The notes under the pieces were generated by a model. The model made no database searches, was not told the DNA's origin, and saw nothing but the letters and a program-made list of their open reading frames with translations. Positions 56,123 to 64,000 of a stretch of 64,000 nucleotides of DNA are shown piece after piece. Source of the stretch: a virus; IMG/VR virus record IMGVR_UViG_3300035676_000002, positions 1 to 64,000 of that record; one strand, given 5' to 3'. Both the position numbers and the translations under genes were made by a program. Positions within the stretch are counted from its first letter, which is position 1. Each line of letters starts with the position of its first letter.

Positions 56123-58006
56123 TTATGATGTAGGTCCGGTAGCGTATAGTCTATGCAGGGCTACTCTAAAAGTGCCACTGCTACAATTCCCCCCGTTAGC
56201 GGTAATTTTTACGCTTGTTGCAGCAGCATAGAATGTTTCCGACATAGCGGTGATATTCCAATTTGCCGATGAAGTCGTTGTTCCCGTAGCTACGGCGCTT
56301 CCCCATAGCGTTGCATTAGCTACAGTACCTACGCTGTATGATGTAGGACCAGAAATGCTGGTAGGCTTTACGGTTACTCCCAAAACCCATGATCCGGCAG
56401 GAATCATATTAGAAATAGTATACGTCGCAGAACCATCGCACGTAACAACCTGAGATTCTACAGCATTAACCGTAGCTGCCCCGGTTTGGTTTGCATCAGA
56501 AGTAGCGCTTTGACCAAAACCTAGATACGCAAAACTATTTAAATCACTAGCCTTATCAGTATCTACAGCGGAAAGAAGCGCATACTCATGTCCGGTCCAT
56601 GATCCGGTCGTAACAAATTCCCCAGCAATCTTAATTGTCTCCGCATCAGTTCCGCTCGCGCTATTCGTAGCAAGCAGTGAGGGAGCAGCGCCGGAAAATG
56701 GGTTATTCCCCCAAGAGCGAACATCGCAAATACCTACTTGTGCATTTGCATTTCCGGCGCATCCACTATGTAAGCTTGAAGAACCAGCAACAGAAAAAGC
56801 GGGTGAATCACCGAACATAATCCTAGGTTCGTGATAAGATACCCCTACGGAACCCTTTACCCAAATTGGCTTTACTTGAGCATCTTGCGTGATCCCATCT
56901 TGACCAGCAAAGGCATAGCCTACTACCTTATCGCCACTAAGAGTTTTAATTGGATTCAAAATAGCATTATCATCACCACCAAAGTAATTTCCCCAAAAGA
57001 GGGCACTACCGCTTGATCGAGAAGCCGGATTGTTCGCTACCCCTGTCATGGTAGCGTAGTTCAAAAAGACCCCCGGCTGGCTATTTGTACCGCTTGAAAA
57101 AGCTCGGCTAGTTCCAGAAAAAGAAATTTCTGACTTATTTGCAGCAATTAATGTCGTTGACCCATCAAGACCTTGAATGTGTGTTCCAAGTTCTACGTGA
57201 TTATCAATCCCACGAACGCTTGATTTAGAGGCAGTCTTATTTGCACCAGTTCCCATAACACGAAAATAATTACGAATTCCGGTAACATTTGCATATACTC
57301 CACTACCCCCGGTATTAGTCATATCAAAATAAAAATCCTGCAATCCCAATACTGACCATGTTGTTGCATAGCTATTAGGGCTAATTGTCCCTCCCAAGGT
57401 CATTGTGTCCGTGCCGGGATAACATCCGTTTGTTGGAGAAGGATTCGTGCCAAGGCAGAATGTTTCTCCCGGTTCCTGCCTTCGCATATTGCCATTCCAG
57501 AATTCAAAGTTCTTAGAACCGCCAATCTTTAGATCACGATTTGCGCCACCAGCCGCACTAGAAATAGAGACAGCGGGGCTATTATAAGCATAAAAAGTCG
57601 CCTGACCATCCTTATTTAGACCCATCCCATATCCGAAATTATTCTGAAAATCGGCAATATCGACTGTTCCAGTATGATAAATACGCATACCGGGGGATGA
57701 CCCACTCGTAGCGCAATTGTATGATCCGTAGGTTGGATCAATGGTGCATTTCCCGTCACGTAATGTTCCGTTTCCATCGCTAAAAGTCGGAACACTGTTG
57801 ATAGTTGAGGTTAGGGGGATTAGTCCACGGAGTAAGCTTAACTCAGATTTCGCCATAGAAAAATTAGATCGAACCGGAGCACTAGATAACGATTGACTTG
57901 TTCCCGGTACGTTGGCATCCACCTGACTCGTTGCTCCAGTAAAGGCATAAGCAGCAAGTGGACTAAGTAGAAATGCTAGCAAAATCAAGAACTTTTTCTT
58001 GGTCAT
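56123..58006 (-). CDS. Fibre/spike-like protein with signal peptide
   Basis: MTKKKFLILLAFLLSPLAAYA; RSNF..AKSEL coiled-coil start; C-terminal IPAGSWVLGVT...TANGG...GTFRVALH like GTA/phage spike domains. Confidence 0.75.
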   Translation of the reverse strand: MTKKKFLILLAFLLSPLAAYAFTGATSQVDANVPGTSQSLSSAPVRSNFSMAKSELSLLRGLIPLTSTINSVPTFSDGNGTLRDGKCTIDPTYGSYNCATSGSSPGMRIYHTGTVDIADFQNNFGYGMGLNKDGQATFYAYNSPAVSISSAAGGANRDLKIGGSKNFEFWNGNMRRQEPGETFCLGTNPSPTNGCYPGTDTMTLGGTISPNSYATTWSVLGLQDFYFDMTNTGGSGVYANVTGIRNYFRVMGTGANKTASKSSVRGIDNHVELGTHIQGLDGSTTLIAANKSEISFSGTSRAFSSGTNSQPGVFLNYATMTGVANNPASRSSGSALFWGNYFGGDDNAILNPIKTLSGDKVVGYAFAGQDGITQDAQVKPIWVKGSVGVSYHEPRIMFGDSPAFSVAGSSSLHSGCAGNANAQVGICDVRSWGNNPFSGAAPSLLATNSASGTDAETIKIAGEFVTTGSWTGHEYALLSAVDTDKASDLNSFAYLGFGQSATSDANQTGAATVNAVESQVVTCDGSATYTISNMIPAGSWVLGVTVKPTSISGPTSYSVGTVANATLWGSAVATGTTTSSANWNITAMSETFYAAATSVKITANGGNCSSGTFRVALHRLYATGPTS

Positions 58007-58067
58007 ATGGCTACTCCATTCGCGCAATCTTACAAAGATTTTAATATGCGGTCAATAACTTTTGGGA

Positions 58068-59528
58068 TTATTCATGTAATATACGCATCTTCATTGAACT
58101 CTGCCGAATATCAGTAATAATAAGCCTTCCGCGCTTTATCTTATCAAACTCAACTGAGGCAGTTTTCCCATCAAGATAAATTACAAAACTGCTTATAGAT
58201 TGCACTATATCTGGACCTTTAACTTGGTATGATCCGATAAGCGGGATAGCAATAGTTGGAGTAATGGTTGGCGTAGCAGTGATTATAGGCGTTACCGTAG
58301 GAGTAGGGGTTTCCGTAAAAGTAGGCGTAATGGTCGGGGTATACGATGGGGTAAAGGTTGGCGTAATTGTAGGCGTATACGTTAAGGTACTTGTCGGGGT
58401 AATAGTTGGTGTATTTGTTTCTGTCGGTGTACTGGTCGGGGTATCGGTTGCGGTACTTGTCGGCGTATTTGTCGGAGTGCTTGTTTCTGTTGGAGTATTA
58501 GTTGGCGTATAGGTCGGGGGTAAAGGTGTCTCTGTCGGTGTAAGGGTTGGCGTAAACGTATGTGTGAAAGTGGGGGTTTCGGTCGGAGTCTCCGTAGGGG
58601 TTTCTGTTGCTGTAAACGTCAGGGTTGGCGTTGGGGTATTAGTCGGCGTAGCAGTAGGCGTAAAAGTTAAGCAAGTACCGGGAGCCTGACAAATGGCATT
58701 ATGGATAATATTCTCTGGTAAATCGCAAGTAAAAGCATTACATGAACCAATTTGTTGACAACAATCTCCAGCAGTTAATGGTATTCTTGTTGGTGTATGG
58801 GTAGCCGTGGGAGTCTCGGTCGGCGTATCCGTAGGAGTCTCCGTAGGGGTATCTGTGGGAGTCTCGGTCGGCGTATCCGTAGGGGTTTCAGTCGGGGTAT
58901 CCGTGGGAGTCTCAGTCGGCGTATCCGTAGGAGTCTCCGTAGGGGTTTCGGTGGGGGTTTCGGTCGGAGTCTCGGTAACTGTTGGAGTCTCAGTAAAGGT
59001 AGGCGTCATGGTTGGGAAAACCCCTCCGCACCCTTCTTCGCACGTTCCTCCCGGTAGCCAATTACGAATCGTGCAAGGTAGTCCCTGTGCATTGCAATAA
59101 TCAAGACATGATGCCGTATTATATGTATCGTCAGAGCACACTGGATTTGCCGTACATCCCTGACCCGAGCATACACAACATCCGAGTGCCGATGTAGCCG
59201 TAGGCGTTGCTGTAGGTGTGGAGGTATATGTATTAGTCGGTGGAGGAGTTGGAGTTTCAGTTGGCGTATCCGTAGCTGTATGAGTTGCAGTCGGCGTATC
59301 CGTCGCCGTAGGAGTATGCGTTTCCGTTGGGGTATGAGTAGCGGTTGGGGTTGGTGTAACCGTTAAGGTTCCAATGAACAAGCATACTCCATTCATAGTT
59401 GGCGGGGGAACAAGAGATTGATATGTCGTGCATCCATTGCAGGTAACACCATTCCACTGCGTAGCCATTGTCCGCACTCCAATGAGGAGTATTATTGCTA
59501 TACAGAAGGCTACGAGGAAACGCTTCAC
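58068..59528 (-). CDS. Secreted mucin-like Pro/Thr protein with Cys-rich modules
   Basis: Signal peptide; about half the length is TPT repeats. Confidence 0.8.
   Translation of the reverse strand: MKRFLVAFCIAIILLIGVRTMATQWNGVTCNGCTTYQSLVPPPTMNGVCLFIGTLTVTPTPTATHTPTETHTPTATDTPTATHTATDTPTETPTPPPTNTYTSTPTATPTATSALGCCVCSGQGCTANPVCSDDTYNTASCLDYCNAQGLPCTIRNWLPGGTCEEGCGGVFPTMTPTFTETPTVTETPTETPTETPTETPTDTPTETPTDTPTETPTDTPTETPTDTPTETPTDTPTETPTATHTPTRIPLTAGDCCQQIGSCNAFTCDLPENIIHNAICQAPGTCLTFTPTATPTNTPTPTLTFTATETPTETPTETPTFTHTFTPTLTPTETPLPPTYTPTNTPTETSTPTNTPTSTATDTPTSTPTETNTPTITPTSTLTYTPTITPTFTPSYTPTITPTFTETPTPTVTPIITATPTITPTIAIPLIGSYQVKGPDIVQSISSFVIYLDGKTASVEFDKIKRGRLIITDIRQSSMKMRILHE
58806..58975 (-). 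repeat. In-frame 12/24-bp tandem repeat encoding (TETP/TDTP)n
   Basis: Repeats with varied third codon positions. Confidence 0.85.
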
Positions 59529-59540
59529 CTACAGCCCCTA

Positions 59541-60764
59541 TTATCGAATCTCTGCCCAATTTAACGTAGTTCTACAATTCCCATTAGGACCACTTGCTGT
59601 TGCTAGTACGCTTAGAGTCCCTAACGGTCGTACTGCACCAGCAGCATCGAGCGTGATTGGATAACGAGCGACCAAGTGACGAGTATCCGATCCAGAACCG
59701 CTCGATTGTCCAATATAACCAGAAGCAAGAACAATTGCCGGTGAACCAGAAATTGCACCAGCAGAATTATATTCAAATGCGCTATATGTGGGGTTACAAT
59801 CGCTAAAGGTAGTTGTTCCTGTGATTGCTTGACCCAGAACTAATTCCCACAGAATAAGCGCACTGCTTGTATTTCCAATCTGTAAACTTTGCAACTCAAA
59901 TTTTACACGATTCGTAATACCATTGAAGGTTGTTTTAGGGCGAATAGAAAGGAGATGGACCCGTGTTTGATTTCCTGCTTGTCCAATAGACTCCACGCCA
60001 AAAGTTCTTCCATTTGTATTTTCCATTCCACCTTCTGAAATAACAGAAGAACAGATAAACTTCATAGTTGTAGAAACAGTTCCGGTACACGTCATGCCGC
60101 ATCGAACGGGAAGATTTGCGGTTTGTATGTATGGTGAGTCATCCAAATTAGCATGATTGAATTCATGGACATAATGAACATTTCCACCAATATCAAATCC
60201 GACTCGCACCCGTCCAACATAGAGCGCTTGTAGATCAATAACAAGAATTTGCATTTTTGTTAAATTTAGGGTTAGTCCACTCGGACCTAACCCATTCATT
60301 TTATCTATATTCCAATCCGCCTGTGCGACTGTTTCATTTCCTTTGCTAGTGGCAGATAGAATCTTCATCTGCACCGTAGATCCATCTTGTTGAAATTCTA
60401 TGCCATTAACTCCATCGCTATATCCAGCAAACTTTAATACATTAGCTTGCGCTTCGATGAAATTGAATGTAACGAAAATCAATTGACTTTTCCCCGGTTG
60501 ATATCGAAAATATTCATAACTCTGCATATAGGCTTTTCCGCCCGTAGGGGTACTGGAGAACTCCATTGCGGCTTGTCTGTTTGTTGAGTCATGCGTAATC
60601 GTCGCCCCCGACCCATTAGTGATTTGCTCAAACAGGAGATTATTCAAATTGTATGTAAATTGAGCATCAAATATCCCCACGGGACTTGATACGCGCAAGC
60701 GAGAGAACGCATCAATTGATGGTGAATCTGCTGCCTTAATTGCGACTTCTGGAAAGTATGACAT
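59541..60764 (-). CDS. Conserved phage structural protein (DAFxRLRVS family)
   Basis: DAFSRLRVSSP, YFRYQPGKS, DWNIDKMNG.GPSG, GRVRVGF, W.E C-terminus; no signal peptide. Confidence 0.75.
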   Translation of the reverse strand: MSYFPEVAIKAADSPSIDAFSRLRVSSPVGIFDAQFTYNLNNLLFEQITNGSGATITHDSTNRQAAMEFSSTPTGGKAYMQSYEYFRYQPGKSQLIFVTFNFIEAQANVLKFAGYSDGVNGIEFQQDGSTVQMKILSATSKGNETVAQADWNIDKMNGLGPSGLTLNLTKMQILVIDLQALYVGRVRVGFDIGGNVHYVHEFNHANLDDSPYIQTANLPVRCGMTCTGTVSTTMKFICSSVISEGGMENTNGRTFGVESIGQAGNQTRVHLLSIRPKTTFNGITNRVKFELQSLQIGNTSSALILWELVLGQAITGTTTFSDCNPTYSAFEYNSAGAISGSPAIVLASGYIGQSSGSGSDTRHLVARYPITLDAAGAVRPLGTLSVLATASGPNGNCRTTLNWAEIR

Positions 60765-60773
60765 AGTAGCCTC

Positions 60774-61376
60774 CTAGTAGATAAACCAATTACTGCCGTC
60801 AGTAAAAAGCGAAATGCTGGTATATTGAACGTCGATTACTTGCGTTGCCTTACCATCAATTTTTTCTGTTCCATTTGGGGTAACAGTACACGTATGAGCC
60901 GTCGAGTCCTTTTTCTTAATAACGTATCGTCGGCCCGATCCTGCGGTTCCTGCGGCGGGAAGATTTAAAATATTGTTTTGGCTCGTTGCATCGCAGAGTA
61001 CAAATTCATCGGCAGTCGCCCCCAGCGTATATGGAGTTGTTGTCTTGGTTGTTATTGTCACCCGTGGAAGTTCTGACGCTTGCGGGGGGATATGCATGAT
61101 GGTTGTTCCATTTGTTATAACACAGTCATCAGTTGCCCCTGCGTTCATATCGAACATTTTGCATGAATTCGCTTGTGGGGTTGGCATAACATCAATAGTT
61201 GCATTATTCCCCGTTACCGCCTGTACGTTAGGCTGTGGAGTTGGCAATGCATTATTGTCTGTAACAATAATTGCTCCTCCGCACGTCCAGTATCCGGTAG
61301 GCGACTGTATGCACGCTGATTGTGCGTAAGTAACAGACGCAAACAATAATAAAATGGGGATTAATTTCTTGTTCAT
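60774..61376 (-). CDS. Signal-peptide protein with phage fibre-type C-terminal domain
   Basis: MNKKLIPILLLFASVTYA; D.T...LNLPAA...G..YVIKK.D...IDG...TDGSNW. Confidence 0.75.
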   Translation of the reverse strand: MNKKLIPILLLFASVTYAQSACIQSPTGYWTCGGAIIVTDNNALPTPQPNVQAVTGNNATIDVMPTPQANSCKMFDMNAGATDDCVITNGTTIMHIPPQASELPRVTITTKTTTPYTLGATADEFVLCDATSQNNILNLPAAGTAGSGRRYVIKKKDSTAHTCTVTPNGTEKIDGKATQVIDVQYTSISLFTDGSNWFIY

Positions 61377-61390
61377 ATTTCACCTTCCTG

Positions 61391-64000
61391 CTATGGCGTC
61401 GGAGTTACGCAAATATAATCTGATGGGCAATCTGAATCTGAATGACACGTCGGCAATGGTGTTAGTGTCGGCGTTGGCGTTGGCGTTGGCGTTGGTGTAT
61501 CCGTAGGAGTATTCGTAGGAGTATTCGTAGGCGTATCTGTGGGCGTATGCGTAGAGGTTGCCGTTGGGGTTGGCGTTGCGGTTGGGGCTTCTGAGCCGCA
61601 GAGGTAAAGCTCGGCAACGGAGAGATAGCCGTTGCCGTTGTCTGCCGTCACGTACAACCGATAGTATCGGTAGGCAACATCTCCAGTGATTGTGTAGTTG
61701 CGCCGCTCGTATTCCGCCCATCCGGTTTGGTTGGTCTGCGTATCAAGAGTCGTCCAATCCGTCCCGTTTCCGCTGCCACGGAATGTCCAGTTTTTCGGAG
61801 AGGCATCCGTGCTAACCGAACCGACGACCCCATACTCAGTGATGAACCTGTCCGTGCCGAGGTCAATACTGAGATAATTCGCCCCGTTCGTCGCAACCAT
61901 CCACCGCGCAAAAGCCCCGGATTCGTCACCGTCGAATGCCTTCCATTTTGCGTAACCAGAACTGTACTGCCCATCTGCTGTCACGACGTATGGGGCAGGG
62001 GAATCGTCAGCCGACATATTGTGCGGCGCTTGCTCTGCACAGGCGGGCGTTGGCGTTGGGGTGAATGTGCTGGTTACTGTCGGTGTAGGCGTTGGAGTTT
62101 CAGTCGGAGTGGCGGTAAAGGTAGGCGTTGGCGTAGCCGGTGGTTCGCACCATGTTAACGTAGATGACATTGAATCAATATACACATAACTTCCATTTCC
62201 AAACCCATTTTTTGTTTCAATGCCGGGACCGAATTCGGCATCATTTTTTACTCGACTTGGCGTTAATTCCCCAGCCACGCATCCCCAATTATCATATCCA
62301 GCACCAAAGACACGTTCTGTTTCTGTATCAGGAATATTCTCGTAATTGAGATTAAAGTCAGTGCAATTTAAATATGCCCAATTTCCATCATTCTTCACAA
62401 GAACTGCCCACATATATACGCCCGTAAGATACTTGTAGGCGCGGACCTTCATAGTCAAACCAGTAATTATAGCATCGTCTGGAGGGGTAAACGGGAAGTG
62501 ACAAACAAGTGCGTAGGATGGATCACCTAATCCGCCACCGGCAGAAGCATATGAATTATCATCCGAAACTGCGTTACTCGCATTTGACCAAGAGGTGCTA
62601 TAGTCACCAGCAGTTTTCTTAATATTTGTACTCCAACAATTGTCCGCAACGGTCTTTTCTTGATCTACCCGAATCCAATCAGCGTGACCCGCAACGGCAC
62701 AAACATCGGTCGTTGGAGTTGCGGTTGGCGTATGCGTATTTGTTGGGGTCGGCGTAAAAGTAGCCGTGTTTGTTGCAGTAGCCGTGAACGTAGACGTTGG
62801 AGCAGTCGTTGGTGTAGCTGGCGGTGTAGCTTGAACATAGTATGGATTGACCGTAGCATTAAACCAATAAAACATATCCCCAACATACCCAAGCCCATCC
62901 CCCGCCCATGCAAGCGCACGATGCCATATGCCCTGATCGCTATTCGGCGCTCCCAAGCGTGACAATGGCGGCGGCGTTAGGGTCGGCGTGAGCGTAGGAC
63001 CAACAGCACCGCATATTTCCATTTCTATTACTTTGACATAAACTACAGATCCCTCGTCGGCTGTTACATCAAGACGATAGTATCTATATGCCCCCGCGCC
63101 ATTTACAGTATAGGTTCTCCATTCTGGAACAGTCGCCCATCCTGTTTGATTCGTTTGGGTATCAAGTGTTGTCCAGTTTGTATTGTCATTACTTCCCTTG
63201 AATGTCCAATTTTTAGGAGCATGACCACCAGCATTACTGAGAATTTTATAATTCTCCACAACATAACCCCTTGGTGTATCTCCTAGATCAATCTGCATCC
63301 AATCTGCTGAATTTAAAGAATACCAGTAAGTAACCCCGGTTTGTAAACCATCAAAAGCTTTATATGGATAATATGAACTATTATAATCACCTGACGAAGA
63401 AGCGACATACGGGATTGGTGCGGTATTGCTAGACATATTGTGCGGAACAAGACTATTAGAGCAATACGTCGGAGTAATAGTAGGTGTCCTTGTTGGGGTT
63501 TTTGTTGCGGTCCCAGCAGGGGTATTTGTTGGAGTATTAGGGGTGGTTGTCGCAGTCGGCGTATTTTCCGTAGCTGGCTCATAAACAGCTTGCATAGTAA
63601 CGTTCCCAGAACCAAAATCTTCAACCATTTCCCTACTTATCGTCAATGTCTGTCCTGCGCTTGCAGCTTGAAACCAAAAATTAAAATCATTATAAACGCT
63701 CTGGCTATTCCCTGCGACAACATCAAAGGTAATAGGAGGGGCTGACGCATCACTCAATGTTGCAGTAATTCTCATCAAACAATTATATGCTCCACCTATG
63801 ATATGAACATTCCGCAATGTCGTATCTGCCGCTACGGTTATTTTTATACTGTTCGATGTATCAGATAAGATGCATCCTGTTCCAGAATTAGAAACAGAAC
63901 CATTCGGAGTTCCATCTGTCCATGTATATTGTTCCCAAAAACTTGCATATCTTGTTAGGGTTATTGCAGCACCAGTATTAGTAAATTTGTCAGAAATAGC
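61391..64000 (-). CDS. Modular fibre/adhesin-like protein with two discoidin (F5/8C)-like domains; 5' end outside the window
   Basis: Frame stays open to 64000; two copies of KAFDG...IDLG...PKNWTFxGS...WTTLDTQTNQT...YRYYRL. Confidence 0.85.
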   Translation of the reverse strand, partial: AISDKFTNTGAAITLTRYASFWEQYTWTDGTPNGSVSNSGTGCILSDTSNSIKITVAADTTLRNVHIIGGAYNCLMRITATLSDASAPPITFDVVAGNSQSVYNDFNFWFQAASAGQTLTISREMVEDFGSGNVTMQAVYEPATENTPTATTTPNTPTNTPAGTATKTPTRTPTITPTYCSNSLVPHNMSSNTAPIPYVASSSGDYNSSYYPYKAFDGLQTGVTYWYSLNSADWMQIDLGDTPRGYVVENYKILSNAGGHAPKNWTFKGSNDNTNWTTLDTQTNQTGWATVPEWRTYTVNGAGAYRYYRLDVTADEGSVVYVKVIEMEICGAVGPTLTPTLTPPPLSRLGAPNSDQGIWHRALAWAGDGLGYVGDMFYWFNATVNPYYVQATPPATPTTAPTSTFTATATNTATFTPTPTNTHTPTATPTTDVCAVAGHADWIRVDQEKTVADNCWSTNIKKTAGDYSTSWSNASNAVSDDNSYASAGGGLGDPSYALVCHFPFTPPDDAIITGLTMKVRAYKYLTGVYMWAVLVKNDGNWAYLNCTDFNLNYENIPDTETERVFGAGYDNWGCVAGELTPSRVKNDAEFGPGIETKNGFGNGSYVYIDSMSSTLTWCEPPATPTPTFTATPTETPTPTPTVTSTFTPTPTPACAEQAPHNMSADDSPAPYVVTADGQYSSGYAKWKAFDGDESGAFARWMVATNGANYLSIDLGTDRFITEYGVVGSVSTDASPKNWTFRGSGNGTDWTTLDTQTNQTGWAEYERRNYTITGDVAYRYYRLYVTADNGNGYLSVAELYLCGSEAPTATPTPTATSTHTPTDTPTNTPTNTPTDTPTPTPTPTPTLTPLPTCHSDSDCPSDYICVTPTP

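Noticed and set aside
58264-59100. VGVSVGV-repeat plus-strand ORFs
   Set aside because: Reverse-complement of Thr/Pro codon repeats
47295-64000. Diversity-generating retroelement or invertase switching of fibres
   Set aside because: No reverse transcriptase, recombinase or near-identical TR/VR pair seen in the window
1-64000. Alternative genetic code
   Set aside because: Conserved genes are full length in code 11, all three stops end genes, and no suppressor tRNA was seen

Overview
This window looks like one end of a large lytic dsDNA phage genome (tailed-phage gene content; no capsid, portal, large terminase or DNA polymerase in the window). It reads as four blocks. (1) 1-~4000: a short minus-strand operon (PPDK-like ATP-grasp/phosphohistidine dikinase, Cx5R phosphatase, Zn-ribbon protein) written in a very restricted word vocabulary. 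(2) ~4000-5300: a non-coding junction with four phased DnaA boxes, a G-quadruplex-type tract, seven GGCRGAAYCT repeats and phased A/T tracts. It is followed by ~10 kb of small minus-strand early genes driven by many sigma70 promoters, and closed at ~15560-15770 by a second G-tract plus GCAGAATCT array. (3) ~15.8-46 kb: nucleotide metabolism, replication and recombination genes (MazG, dNMP kinase, helicase, NADAR, NrdJ, ThyX, deaminase, primase Zn finger, Prim-Pol, SSB, SbcCD), four tRNAs, RlpA and a glycosyltransferase. (4) 45.7-64 kb: a GH108 endolysin and fibre/virion-type proteins, most carrying Sec-type signal peptides, Cys-rich modules and mucin-like Pro/Thr linkers. The two best candidates for new biology are a T5-like but possibly three-stage DNA-entry architecture with a dikinase/phosphatase cargo, and a set of exported, possibly glycosylated virion fibre proteins. 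All family calls come from motif recognition by eye; no searches or counts were run.
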